Positions 18,632 to 28,775 of a DNA stretch of 64,000 bases are shown in pieces; the stretch's first letter is position 1; every line of letters starts with the position of its first letter. Source of the DNA: Acidocella sp. 20-57-95 (GTDB taxonomy: Bacteria; Pseudomonadota; Alphaproteobacteria; Acetobacterales; Acetobacteraceae); the NCBI GenBank assembly GCA_002255575.1, contig NCAT01000003.1, positions 126,341 through 190,340 on the forward strand, written 5' to 3'. The notes under the pieces are model-generated. The model did not search any database, had not been told where the DNA came from, and saw nothing but the letters and a program-made list of their open reading frames with translations. Made by a program: the position numbers and the translations under genes.

Positions 18632-19591
18632 ATGAATGAAATAAAGAACATCGCGGTTGTCGGCGCTGGTATGGCTGGTCTGGCGGCAGCTTCGCATCTC
18701 GCGAAAGCGGGGTTGAATGTCACTTTGTTCGATAAGGGGCGTAAGCCGGGTGGCCGCATGGCAACCCGGGCTTCAGATGGCTTTATGTTTAACCATGGCT
18801 GCCAATTTGCGAACGCGCGTGACGATGAGTTCCGAAATTGGCTGATCGCGCACGGCGCCGAAATATGGCCGGCGAGCGACGGGCGCTTTTCCGGAACGCC
18901 AGATATGGCCGGGCTAGCTGGCAGAATGGCGGGTGGGCTGAACCTGCAAACCGGAACCCATGTCAGTTTTCTAGGTCGTGATGATACACGGTGGCGCCTG
19001 AGCCTGCGGGATGCTGCCAGCACGCCGCCGGGCTTGGTGGAAGCGGGTGGCGCATTATCGGTGCCGTTTGACGCTGTGCTACTGGCGACACCAGCACCGC
19101 AAGCCGGGCCCTTACTTGCCGCCATCGACCACGAATTTGCACCGGCACTGACCAACGTGCGGCTTGCACCGTGCTGGGCGCTAATGCTGGGCTTTGCTGC
19201 GGCCGTTGAAGGCCCGGATATTTTGAAGCCCTCCGCAGGGCCGCTTTGTTGGATCGCACGAGAAAACTCCCGGCCGGGGGCATCACAACTGCCGGTCTGC
19301 TACACCGCCCATGCCAGTGCCGCCTGGAGCGCTGAAAATCTGGAGCTGCCAGCGGATATCGTAATCTCCGGCTTAAGCGCGGCCTTTGTTAACGCCACTG
19401 GTATCAGCGCAACACCGAGCTATGTGCGCGCCCATCGCTGGCGTTATGCACTGGCGGAAGTAACGTTGGGACAGGATAGTTTGTGGGACCCGCACATGCG
19501 GCTGGGCGTGTGCGGCGATTGGTGTTTGGCCGGAAAATTGGAAGCCGCCTATCTCTCGGGCCGGTCTTTGGGCATAAAGCTGACGACATGA
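18632..19591 (+). CDS. Renalase-like NAD(P)/FAD-dependent oxidoreductase
   Basis: VVGAGMAGL, DKGRKPGGRMATR, HRWRYA, CGDWC. Confidence 0.85.
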   Translation: MNEIKNIAVVGAGMAGLAAASHLAKAGLNVTLFDKGRKPGGRMATRASDGFMFNHGCQFANARDDEFRNWLIAHGAEIWPASDGRFSGTPDMAGLAGRMAGGLNLQTGTHVSFLGRDDTRWRLSLRDAASTPPGLVEAGGALSVPFDAVLLATPAPQAGPLLAAIDHEFAPALTNVRLAPCWALMLGFAAAVEGPDILKPSAGPLCWIARENSRPGASQLPVCYTAHASAAWSAENLELPADIVISGLSAAFVNATGISATPSYVRAHRWRYALAEVTLGQDSLWDPHMRLGVCGDWCLAGKLEAAYLSGRSLGIKLTT

Positions 19592-19860
19592 CCAATGACC
19601 CTGCCGAACAAGCTATTTTAACCCTCGTTATGGCGCGCGGGCCGGATAAATCTATCTGCCCAACGGAGGCAGCGCGGGCGCTGGCGGGGCACCCACCGGA
19701 CGAAAAATGGCGCTCTAGCCTCTCGCCGATCCGCCTGGCCGCCCAGCGCCTTGCCAAGGCAGGCAAAATTCAAATTCTGCGCAAGGGCAAGCCAGTGGCA
19801 CCTGAGGATGCTCGCGGCGTCATCCGGCTGCGCCTGGCACCGGAGAGTTCTAACGAATGA
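19588..19860 (+). CDS. DUF3253 family small winged-helix-like protein
   Basis: RGPDKSICPTEAAR and RKGKPV...GVIRLR; ATGA overlaps at both ends. Confidence 0.8.
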   Translation: MTNDPAEQAILTLVMARGPDKSICPTEAARALAGHPPDEKWRSSLSPIRLAAQRLAKAGKIQILRKGKPVAPEDARGVIRLRLAPESSNE

Positions 19861-20324
19861 GCGTTCTGGCCTGGATTTTAAGCGCCATCTTTCCGCTTTG
19901 CGGCACTTATGGGGCGAGCGGTATAACCCCGCCCGGACATGTTGATTTTACACATCTCCAGCTGCAAGGACATTCAGAGTTTCTGGCCGCCCCGGCACGT
20001 TTTAGCCCGGCCCCCAACCTGGTCACGCCGATCTATAACGTGACGCCAAGCGTTTTGTTTGACGATCTCGCGCAAGTGGCCGCCAGTGAGCCACGCCGTT
20101 TTAGCCTGGGTCGCGACGCCTCAGGCTTACAAATCGCTTTTGTCATTCGCTCACCTGCCGCCAATTTTCCGGATATTTTGGAGGCCGCCGTGGTCCCCGC
20201 GCCAGGCGGTAAAGCGGGATTGATTTTATATTCGCGCTCCATTTACGGAGAGAGTGATTACGGCAAAAATCACGACCATATTATAACCCTGCTGACTGAT
20301 TTGAACAGGAAAGTCTCCCCTTAA
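19857..20324 (+). CDS. DUF1499-like envelope protein
   Basis: Hydrophobic N-terminus, RS...FPD and YSRSIYGESDYGKN motifs. Confidence 0.7.
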   Translation: MSVLAWILSAIFPLCGTYGASGITPPGHVDFTHLQLQGHSEFLAAPARFSPAPNLVTPIYNVTPSVLFDDLAQVAASEPRRFSLGRDASGLQIAFVIRSPAANFPDILEAAVVPAPGGKAGLILYSRSIYGESDYGKNHDHIITLLTDLNRKVSP

Positions 20325-22069
20325 TGCGCCGTTCGATCACCAATTTTGTTACTGGTCTTGGCGAAGCCTGGACGCTTGCCAAGCCCTATTTCATTTCCGA
20401 GGAACGCTGGGCGGCGCGTGGGTTGCTCGTTGCTATCGTGGCGCTGAATTTGCTGATGGTCGCGTTCAACGTGGTGCTGACTTACTGGAACCGCGATTTT
20501 TTTGACGCAATTCAGAATATGGATTCCAGCACGTCCGTACAATTGTTATTCCTATACAAAGCATCACCTGGCTCGTTACCAATGCCTGGTCTGGTCGAAA
20601 TTCTAGCGGTGTACGTGGTCATCGCGGTTTATGCATTCTACCTCAACCAGATGCTGCAAATTCGCTGGCGGCAATGGATTACCAAACATTTTGTGGCAAA
20701 TTGGCTGGCAGACCGGGCATTCTACAATATCAGCCTGAGCCCTTCACAAACTTTAGGGGTCGACAACCCCGACCAGCGTATTGCCGATGATTTGCGCGAC
20801 TTTACCACCAATACGCTTTCAATCGGCCTGGATTTTATCTCCAATCTGGTAACTTTGTTCAGCTTTGTGTTCATCCTGTATGAAATCTCAGGCTCCATCA
20901 AACTGTTTGGCATTACCATCCCAGGGTATATGCTGTGGGTCGCACTGCTTTACGCACTGGTCGGCACAGGTCTGACGCATCTGATTGGTCGTAAATTGAT
21001 TGGTCTTTCATTCTTGCAACAGAAAGTGGAAGCAGATTTTCGTTACAACCTGATCCGCGTGCGGGAGAACCCTGAGGCGATCGCGCTTTATCATGGCGAA
21101 GATGATGAAAATATCAGCCTCACGGAACGCTTCGCAGCCATCCGCGCCAATTGGTGGCAGATTATGCGACGAACCAAAGCGTTGAACTTTTTTACCATTA
21201 GCTTCAACCAGATTGCGGGGTTCTTTCCTTTGATCGTGGCGCTGCCGCGTTATTTCAGCGGTGCGATCAAGCTTGGCGGCCTCACGCAAATACAAAATGT
21301 GTTTGGTCAGGTGCAGGGCGCGCTCTCATGGTTTGTCGGGGCTTACCCAAATTTGGTGACCTATCGCGCAACCGTGGCGCGGCTTTACGGATTTCAGGAG
21401 GCGGTGAGTGCCGCACGGGCAGCGTCCCTGAACGGTCCGCAAGTGACCCAAAGCGGCGCCGCGCTTGGCTTTAAAAACCTCACCATCAGCCTGCCCGACG
21501 GCCGCACGCTGGTGAATGACGCTACTCTTACGCTGCCACCTGGCATACCGGTTTTGCTCACCGGACCATCCGGTGCCGGAAAATCCACTTTGTTCCGCGC
21601 CATCGCTGGTATCTGGCCATTTGGGTCGGGCAACATAACGCGGCCCACCGGTACTGCATTGTTTCTACCGCAACGGCCCTATTTCCCGCTCGGTAGCTTG
21701 AAGCGAGCGGTTGCTTATCCGGCCTTGGAGGATAGCGTCTCCGATGCAACTGTTAGCGCCGCACTAACGGCCGTCGAATTACCTGAATTGATCGCGCGCC
21801 TGCATGACGTTGAGACCTGGAGCCAGATACTCTCCGGCGGCGAGCAGCAACGCCTTGCCATCGCCCGCGCGCTGATTGCCAAACCTGACTGGCTTTTCCT
21901 CGATGAAGCGACATCGGCGCTAGACACACCGTTGGCGGTACGGATGCATCGATTACTGGCCAGAGAACTTCCAAAAACCACAGTGGTGGCAATCACGCAT
22001 CGCGAATTGGATGCTTCACCAGCGCGCCACCTATCGCTCACACCGCAGGCGTTGGCCGGTGCTGATTAG
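20324..22069 (+). CDS. Fused ABC permease/ATPase, YddA/BacA(Rv1819c)-like
   Basis: DNPDQRIADD, EAIALY, GPSGAGKS, LSGGEQQR, LDEAT. Confidence 0.9.
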   Translation: MRRSITNFVTGLGEAWTLAKPYFISEERWAARGLLVAIVALNLLMVAFNVVLTYWNRDFFDAIQNMDSSTSVQLLFLYKASPGSLPMPGLVEILAVYVVIAVYAFYLNQMLQIRWRQWITKHFVANWLADRAFYNISLSPSQTLGVDNPDQRIADDLRDFTTNTLSIGLDFISNLVTLFSFVFILYEISGSIKLFGITIPGYMLWVALLYALVGTGLTHLIGRKLIGLSFLQQKVEADFRYNLIRVRENPEAIALYHGEDDENISLTERFAAIRANWWQIMRRTKALNFFTISFNQIAGFFPLIVALPRYFSGAIKLGGLTQIQNVFGQVQGALSWFVGAYPNLVTYRATVARLYGFQEAVSAARAASLNGPQVTQSGAALGFKNLTISLPDGRTLVNDATLTLPPGIPVLLTGPSGAGKSTLFRAIAGIWPFGSGNITRPTGTALFLPQRPYFPLGSLKRAVAYPALEDSVSDATVSAALTAVELPELIARLHDVETWSQILSGGEQQRLAIARALIAKPDWLFLDEATSALDTPLAVRMHRLLARELPKTTVVAITHRELDASPARHLSLTPQALAGAD

Positions 22070-23127
22070 GCGGTAATAAACCCGCCGCCTAAAATGCGCG
22101 AGCCGTCATAAAATACGGCGGCTTGGCCGGGGGCGGCGAGTGCGGGGTTATCAAGCAACAAAGCCGCGCCGGTGCCGCTGCCTGTTATCAGTGCCGGCTG
22201 GGGTATTTCACGAGCACGCAGCTTCACATGCGCCCTTAGCCCTTCCGGGGGCATATCAATCAGCCAGTTCACATCGCGCAGCTTCACATGGCGAGAGGCA
22301 GCGGCGCGCGGCCCGACCACAATGCGGCGGGTTCCGGGTTCGATTTTGCGTACCACCAGCGCGTCACCATGCTCATCGGCGGGAATCCCCAGCCGTTTGG
22401 CCTGACCCACCGTATAGCGCGCGATGCCCTGATGGGTGCCGAGCATGGTGCCATCCTCGGCCACAATCTCACCGGGTTGCAGCGCGTCCGGGCGAAATTT
22501 GCCGACAATATCCGCATAGCTGCCGCTCGGGACAAAACAAATATCCTGGCTATCCGGCTTGGCGGCAACCGCTAGACCCATCCTCGCTGCAACATCGCGC
22601 ACATCGGCCTTGCTGGCATAGTCACCCAGCGGAAATTTACAAAATTCTAGCTGGTCACGGGTGGTGGCGAATAAAAACCAGCTCTGGTCACGGCTGGCAT
22701 CCACCGCCTGGTGCAATTCCGCGCCGTTAGGGCCGTCTACCCGACGAACATAATGGCCGGTTGCCATCGCCTCGGCACCTAAATCCCGCGCCATATCCAA
22801 CAAATCGCCAAATTTCAGGTGCTGGTTGCAAGCGATGCAAGGCACCGGCGTCTGGCCGTTGGCATAACTGTCAGCAAATTCCGACATCACGCTGGCCCGG
22901 AAACGCGCTTCAGCATCGACCACATAATGCGCAAAGCCCAGCCGGTCCGCCACGCGCTTGGCATCATGAATATCCTGGCCGGCACAGCAGGCACCCTTAC
23001 GGCCCACGGCGGCGCCATGGTCATAAAGCTGCAGGGTTACGCCAATCACCTCATGCCCTGCCTCATGCATCAGCCCGGCCACCACCGAGCTATCCACGCC
23101 GCCGGACATGGCGACAACGATTCTCAT
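22066..23127 (-). CDS. mnmA: tRNA 2-thiouridylase
   Basis: [41 protein letters not shown]. Confidence 0.96.
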   Translation of the reverse strand: MRIVVAMSGGVDSSVVAGLMHEAGHEVIGVTLQLYDHGAAVGRKGACCAGQDIHDAKRVADRLGFAHYVVDAEARFRASVMSEFADSYANGQTPVPCIACNQHLKFGDLLDMARDLGAEAMATGHYVRRVDGPNGAELHQAVDASRDQSWFLFATTRDQLEFCKFPLGDYASKADVRDVAARMGLAVAAKPDSQDICFVPSGSYADIVGKFRPDALQPGEIVAEDGTMLGTHQGIARYTVGQAKRLGIPADEHGDALVVRKIEPGTRRIVVGPRAAASRHVKLRDVNWLIDMPPEGLRAHVKLRAREIPQPALITGSGTGAALLLDNPALAAPGQAAVFYDGSRILGGGFITA

Positions 23128-23453
23128 CCGGCCGCATTCCGTGTTGCACTCGGCAGCTTCACCACCAGCCCATCAAGCTCGTCGCTCATCACGATCTGGC
23201 AGCCCAGGCGTGAGGTTTTTTCCAGGCCGAAGGCCAGGTCCAACATGTCCTCTTCATCCTCGGTCGGCTTCGCCAGCTTCGCAATCCAGGCCGGATCCAC
23301 GATCACATGGCAGGTTGAGCAGGCCAGCGAGCCTTCGCACGCACCTTCAATATCAACGCCATGCTTGTGCGCCACCTCAAGAACGGACAAGCCAACCGGC
23401 GCGTCCACTTCCCGAGCCACCCCATTACGTTCCACAAAAACCATTTTAGGCAT
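23124..23453 (-). CDS. fdx: 2Fe-2S ferredoxin, adrenodoxin type
   Basis: [13 protein letters not shown] and SRLGCQ. Confidence 0.95.
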   Translation of the reverse strand: MPKMVFVERNGVAREVDAPVGLSVLEVAHKHGVDIEGACEGSLACSTCHVIVDPAWIAKLAKPTEDEEDMLDLAFGLEKTSRLGCQIVMSDELDGLVVKLPSATRNAAG

Positions 23454-23464
23454 CGTTCAAACCC

Positions 23465-24583
23465 TTAATTCGCAAACTGCGCCTGGGTAAGCGTTACAGT
23501 CCCGCGATGCAAGGCACGTTTTGCCATGGTCTCGTAAGCTTGTTTGAAAGCCACGATATCGCTGCCAGAGACGTTCCAGGGCAGCGAGACCCTGACCGCC
23601 TGGGCAGCCAATTCGCCGAATCCCATGGCGAGCAGCACATGGCTGGCAGCGATTTTACCTGAAGAACAGGCAGACCCGGCGGAAACCGCGATACCCGCGC
23701 TATCAAGCGAAATTAACTGTGTGTCTGCCCGTACGCCGGGGAGTGCTATATTCAGGGTGTTGGGCAGGCGCGGCGCGCCCTGGCCAGCAACATGGGCGCC
23801 CAAGCCGACACAAAAAGCTTCAATATCATCGCGATATCCAGTTATCTTCGCTGCATCGTACGGGACCGAAAATGCCGCCGCCATGCTGGCGATGGCGGGA
23901 ATGGCAGGTGTGCCACCGCGCCAGCCGCGCTCCTGCCCACCGCCTTTGATGATCGGGGCAACCTGTTCGCCAAATGGTGGAGCGAAAATAACAGCGCCCG
24001 CCCCCAGCAAGCCACCGGCTTTATGGGCTGAAACAACAATCGAACTGGCGCCGAGCCGTAGCCAGTCCTGCCGCGCCCGTACGGCGGCCTGGGCAGCATC
24101 AACATGCAACAACGCCTTATGCGCATTGCAAACCCGCGCCGCCCGCGTGATGTCATGCAACACGCCGGTCTCGTTATTGGCGGCCATCAGGCACACTAGC
24201 GCATGCGGGTGCTGCGTTAGCAGATCATCGAGAACCTGCGGGTCGATCAGCCCATCCGGCAAAACCGGGATGGTAATGGCGTTGGGGGCAGCGGCACGTA
24301 CGGCATCATGTTCGGTAGCCCCCACCAAAACGGTGCGCCCAGCGCTGAGCGCGTGAATGGCCAGCGCGTTCGCCTCAGTGGCGCCAGAAGTGAACACCAC
24401 ATCCTGCGCACGGGCAGCAAATTGCGTCGCCAAAGCCTCGCGCGCGCTTTCTAAAATCCGCCGCACCTCCCGCCCGGCCTGATGAACAGACGCCGGATTG
24501 CCGGTGGCTACCATGGCGGCAAGCGCGGCCTCCCGCGCCTCGGGCCGGAGCGGCTCGCTGGCGTTAGCGTCTAAATAAACCAT
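23465..24583 (-). CDS. Cysteine desulfurase, NifS/IscS family
   Basis: FTSGATEAN, ANNETG, SAHK (PLP Lys), SAGSACSSG (catalytic Cys). Confidence 0.92.
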   Translation of the reverse strand: MVYLDANASEPLRPEAREAALAAMVATGNPASVHQAGREVRRILESAREALATQFAARAQDVVFTSGATEANALAIHALSAGRTVLVGATEHDAVRAAAPNAITIPVLPDGLIDPQVLDDLLTQHPHALVCLMAANNETGVLHDITRAARVCNAHKALLHVDAAQAAVRARQDWLRLGASSIVVSAHKAGGLLGAGAVIFAPPFGEQVAPIIKGGGQERGWRGGTPAIPAIASMAAAFSVPYDAAKITGYRDDIEAFCVGLGAHVAGQGAPRLPNTLNIALPGVRADTQLISLDSAGIAVSAGSACSSGKIAASHVLLAMGFGELAAQAVRVSLPWNVSGSDIVAFKQAYETMAKRALHRGTVTLTQAQFAN

Positions 24584-24588
24584 AAATG

Positions 24589-25248
24589 TCAGAAAACCTG
24601 TTGTTCGCGCGCAGCCTTGGAGATCCGGCTTTCCAGATCCGTCAATTCAGACCGTAGCAAATCGAGCTCGTGCAGCAGCGGGTCGAGGCAGGGGTCGCAG
24701 GGTGTGCCATAAGCATCAAACCGCGGTTTTTCGTCGCGATTGACGGGCCGGGCCGGAATACCGACCACTGTGGTACCGGCCGGAACTGGGGCTACGACCA
24801 CGGCATTCGCGCCAACACGGGCATTATCACCAATCAAAATCGCCCCTAAAACTTTCGCACCCGCACCGATAATCACGTTATTGCCGAGCGTGGGGTGGCG
24901 CTTGCCCGCCAAAGAGCTGGTACCACCAAGCGTAACCTGATGATAAATATAGACATCATCCCCAACCTCCGCGGTTTCGCCAATCACCACGCCCATACCG
25001 TGGTCAATTACGAAACGGCGGCCGAGCTTGGCGCCGGGGTGGATTTCAATGCCGGTCAGGAACCGGCCAATATGGGATAGGAAGCGGCCGGCTAGAAACC
25101 AACCGTGACGCCACAGGAAATGCGACACCGCATGGATGGCAACTGCATGCAACCCCGGGTAGCAGAGGATCACTTCCAGGTTCGAACGGGCGGCGGGGTC
25201 CCGTTCCCGGTACGCCCGAACAGTCTCAGATAAAAACATAAGGGCCAT
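24589..25248 (-). CDS. cysE: Serine O-acetyltransferase
   Basis: [36 protein letters not shown]; start moved to ATG 25248. Confidence 0.93.
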   Translation of the reverse strand: MALMFLSETVRAYRERDPAARSNLEVILCYPGLHAVAIHAVSHFLWRHGWFLAGRFLSHIGRFLTGIEIHPGAKLGRRFVIDHGMGVVIGETAEVGDDVYIYHQVTLGGTSSLAGKRHPTLGNNVIIGAGAKVLGAILIGDNARVGANAVVVAPVPAGTTVVGIPARPVNRDEKPRFDAYGTPCDPCLDPLLHELDLLRSELTDLESRISKAAREQQVF

Positions 25249-25428
25249 GCGACATTTCCGTAGGAAAGCTGAGAATAAGGATATATATATAACAATCCAG
25301 GGGAAACCCAAATTGTAAACTATCCGTGATTGTAAGTGTCATAGGACTCGGAATTGGTGGTCCAGACAAGCGCTTTCAATTGCCGGGTTTGCTGCGCGAT
25401 ACGGTTTAGATGAAAGACGAGTGATCGA

Positions 25429-26094
25429 ATGCCTGAAGTCATGTTTGCCGGGCCGGAAGGCCGCCTTGAAGGACGTTATCACCATGCCAAAGAACGCGGT
25501 GCGCCGCTAGCTTTGGTGCTACACCCACACCCGCTGCATGGCGGCACAATGAATAACCGCATCACCTATTCCATGTATCAGGTATTCCAGCGCCTGGGCT
25601 TTTCTGTGATGCGCTTTAATTTCCGCGGCGTCGGCCGTAGCCAAAGCAAGTTCGACGGGGGCATGGGCGAAATTAACGACGCTGCGGCGGCGCTGGATTG
25701 GATGCAGGCGTTGAACCCGGGCCATGGTGGTTTGTGGATTTCCGGCTATTCATTTGGTGCTTTCGTTGGCATGCAGCTGTTGATGCGCCGGCCGGAAGTT
25801 TCGGGCTGGGTATCGGTCGCGCCGCCAGCAGCGCATTATGATTTTGGCTTCCTCGCCCCCTGCCCTTGCGGCGGGTTGATGATCCATGGCGATGCGGACG
25901 AGATGGTACCGGAAAACTCGGTGCGTAAACTGGTTGATAAGCTGAACCTGCAAAAAGGCGTGGCGATTGATTACCGCGTGTTTGAGGGCGCTGACCATGT
26001 GTTCGCCAACCACGCCGATAAGGTGACCGAGGCGGTGGAAAGCTATGTGAGCCAATCGCTGGCCCGCAAGCAGATGGCCCTGGCCGCTGACTAA
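25429..26094 (+). CDS. Conserved alpha/beta hydrolase
   Basis: HPHPLHGGTMNN, RFNFRGVG, GYSFG nucleophile, ADHVF. Confidence 0.88.
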   Translation: MPEVMFAGPEGRLEGRYHHAKERGAPLALVLHPHPLHGGTMNNRITYSMYQVFQRLGFSVMRFNFRGVGRSQSKFDGGMGEINDAAAALDWMQALNPGHGGLWISGYSFGAFVGMQLLMRRPEVSGWVSVAPPAAHYDFGFLAPCPCGGLMIHGDADEMVPENSVRKLVDKLNLQKGVAIDYRVFEGADHVFANHADKVTEAVESYVSQSLARKQMALAAD

Positions 26095-26193
26095 GAGGGC
26101 AGCTGACTAACAGGGCACCTGACTAAAACGGCTGCTGACAAAGCAGGCCGCTGACTGAGCAGGTTGGCAACTAGGCTGGCCGCCGAGGACACA
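26082..26193 (+). repeat. Tandem array with 16-bp period, consensus GGCNGCTGACTAA
   Basis: CTGAC at 26087, 26103, 26119, 26135 and 26151, plus two degenerate in-phase units. Confidence 0.85.
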
Positions 26194-26208
26194 GCTTCAT
26201 TACGATGC

Positions 26209-26248
26209 AAAAAGGCGACGACCCATAATCTGGGTCGTCGCCTTTTTT
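26209..26248. terminator. Intrinsic terminator, probably bidirectional
   Basis: AAAAAGGCGACGACCCA-TAATC-TGGGTCGTCGCCTTTTTT. Confidence 0.88.
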
Positions 26249-26331
26249 GTGTTTACCCGGCGTGACGCAAATCAAAGTAGTGGGCTGCAGAATGCGATAT
26301 TTGTGCCGGATAAATTATGCGGAGCCCGGCA

Positions 26332-26685
26332 ATGATTACCAACTGGCAAGACCTGATCAACAACATGAATGGCGGCATCAAAACGCTGCGGCAGGGAGCC
26401 CCCGATATTATGAAAAGCTTTGGTGAGATGGCCAAGGCTGCGCACGGCGGCGAAGCGCTTGAGGCGAAAACCAAGGAGCTGATCGCGCTGGCCCTTGGTG
26501 TTGCGGCACGCTGTGCCCCTTGCATCGCTTATCACGCCGAAGCCGCCGCCAAACTCGGCGCTAGTCGTGAGCAAGTGCTCGAGACCATGGCTATGGCCAT
26601 TTACATGGGGGCTGGCCCATCCGTGATGTATGCGGCCGAGGCGCTTGAAGCGTTTGATCAGATGGCCGCAAAAACAACCCTATAA
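26332..26685 (+). CDS. Carboxymuconolactone decarboxylase/AhpD family protein
   Basis: KTKELIALALGVAARCAPCIAYH (CxxC) and GGAG RBS. Confidence 0.88.
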   Translation: MITNWQDLINNMNGGIKTLRQGAPDIMKSFGEMAKAAHGGEALEAKTKELIALALGVAARCAPCIAYHAEAAAKLGASREQVLETMAMAIYMGAGPSVMYAAEALEAFDQMAAKTTL

Positions 26686-26772
26686 CCATCTGACAAAAGC
26701 TAGTGGCATGGCTTTTGCTGCATCACAGCGGAGCCCGGCACTTGCGGGCATGGTTAAAGGAGTCGCTGTCAC

Positions 26773-27789
26773 GTGGATGAAACAATTAGCCGCCGCTCAC
26801 TGCTGGATGCGATCGCGAGCGACCCGTCATCAACCGATGAATTAGAGATACTCGTCAAGAAGGTTTATGCGCAATATTTAGGCAACCTGAAGGGCGAATT
26901 GGCGGATTATATACCCGAGCTTGCTAAGGTAGCACCCGACCAGTTTGGGATCGCGCTGGGGTTGCCATCGGGCCGGGTTGTCTCGGTTGGTGACGCGAAT
27001 GCGGAATTCACGATCCAGTCTATTTCCAAAGCCTATACCTATACAATGTTGCTGGACCTGATCGGGGCTGACGAAACGCTGAAAGTGGTGGGCGTGCAGC
27101 CAAGTGGCGATCCATTTAACACGATTTCTCTGGATGCCCGCACCAACCGCCCCCTCAATCCGATGGTCAATACGGGCGCCATTGCGGTGGCCGGTAAGCT
27201 GCTGGAATTGCTGGGTAAGGAGGCGTTTGATAAAATTCTGGATACATTTAGCCAGGCCGCTGGGCGGCGGCTGAGTTTTGATCAAAAAGTCTTTGAATCA
27301 GAACGTGACACCGGCCATCGCAACCGGGCGATCGGGCATTTGCTACGGGCAGCGCATGTCTATGAAGCTCCGGTTGATGACGTGCTGGATATTTATTTCA
27401 AACAATGCTCGATTTTAGTGACCGCCGCCGACCTTGCCGTGATGGGCGCCACCACGGCCAATCTGGGCGTCAATCCGCGCACTAAGCAGCGGGTGTTTGG
27501 GCTCGATCCTGTGCGTCAGGCATTATCAGTGATGTTCACCTGCGGGATGTATGACGGCGCAGGAGATTGGGCCTGCAAGGTGGGGCTACCTGCTAAGAGC
27601 GGCGTGGGCGGCGGTATATTGGCGGTGGTGAACCGGCAGATCGGGATCGGGGTGTTCTCACCGCGGTTGGATGCCAGCGGCAATTCGGTGCGCGGGCAGC
27701 TAAGCTGCGCGAAGCTTGCTGAGGATTTGGGCCTGCATGCGTTTGATGCGCTGAATCATGGGTCAAGCTTTTTGCGGGGGCTATTGTAA
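26773..27789 (+). CDS. glsA: Glutaminase
   Basis: GELADYIPELA, FTIQSISK, NPMVNTGA, GLPAKSGVGGG. Confidence 0.93.
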   Translation: MDETISRRSLLDAIASDPSSTDELEILVKKVYAQYLGNLKGELADYIPELAKVAPDQFGIALGLPSGRVVSVGDANAEFTIQSISKAYTYTMLLDLIGADETLKVVGVQPSGDPFNTISLDARTNRPLNPMVNTGAIAVAGKLLELLGKEAFDKILDTFSQAAGRRLSFDQKVFESERDTGHRNRAIGHLLRAAHVYEAPVDDVLDIYFKQCSILVTAADLAVMGATTANLGVNPRTKQRVFGLDPVRQALSVMFTCGMYDGAGDWACKVGLPAKSGVGGGILAVVNRQIGIGVFSPRLDASGNSVRGQLSCAKLAEDLGLHAFDALNHGSSFLRGLL

Positions 27790-27918
27790 AAACATCGCAG
27801 CCTTACTGGGTGTGCGATCAATCTGACTCATGGACGCTGATCAATAAAAACTCGTTCCTAAAAAAACACGACGACTGCCCCCCATATCGCCGGTCTCGTA
27901 ATTGCGGATTCGGGGATA

Positions 27919-28764
27919 TTACTGCAAAAACGCCGCAATTTCGCCGATGGTGAGGTCGTCCATCAAGGCGGGCGCGTGACCTGCATCCCCCACAGTTAGA
28001 CCTTTCGCGCCACGCGCTTGCATCTGCTCAAATGTTTCGGTGGTGAGCAGATCACTGCTCGCCCCGCGGATGCTGAGAACGGGGATTTTGATCAAATCCC
28101 AGAGCGGCCAAATATCAACATCGGTGGGTGTGTTATCGCGGATCGGTTCGATGATTTTTGGGTCGTAATGTAGCGCAAAACCACTTCCCCCCGCAGCATC
28201 CAATGCCGGGCGGGCGGAGATACGGGCTAGGTAATGCCATTGCGCGTCTGATAAATCACCGAACGGCGCATGGATTACCCGCAAATGCGCTTCCAGTGCC
28301 GCCATCGTCGGGAAGGTTTGCGGCGCAGCTTGCATATAGTCGCGGATGCGAATCAGCGCCGCGACCGGGATAAAAGGACCAATATCGTTCAGCACCATTT
28401 TGGTGATGGGAGATTTACCCGCGGCGGCGGTCATCATGCCGCAAATGCCCCCCAGCGACGTGCCCACCCAGGCCACCGGCTTGTTGATGTAAGCCAGCAA
28501 GTGCGCCAGCGCTGCCACATAGGTAGGGGGTTGATAGAGAGCCCCCGCCGGCAGCCAGTCAGACTTGCCACGTCCCGGCAAATCCGGACAGATCACATGG
28601 AAATGCTCGGCAAGTTTCATCGCCAGCGGGTCGAAATCCCGGCCGTTCCGCGTTAAGCCATGCACGCAAAGTACGGCGGGTGCTGCCGGGTTGCCGAATT
28701 CGGTGAAGGCCAGTTTGTAAAAGGCGGTACCGAGGAGGTAGCTGATCGACCCTGTACGCGCCAT
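27919..28764 (-). CDS. Alpha/beta fold hydrolase
   Basis: CVHGLTRNGRDFD, GTSLGG, GHAPAL. Confidence 0.88.
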   Translation of the reverse strand: MARTGSISYLLGTAFYKLAFTEFGNPAAPAVLCVHGLTRNGRDFDPLAMKLAEHFHVICPDLPGRGKSDWLPAGALYQPPTYVAALAHLLAYINKPVAWVGTSLGGICGMMTAAAGKSPITKMVLNDIGPFIPVAALIRIRDYMQAAPQTFPTMAALEAHLRVIHAPFGDLSDAQWHYLARISARPALDAAGGSGFALHYDPKIIEPIRDNTPTDVDIWPLWDLIKIPVLSIRGASSDLLTTETFEQMQARGAKGLTVGDAGHAPALMDDLTIGEIAAFLQ

Positions 28765-28775
28765 TTTCTGACCCC

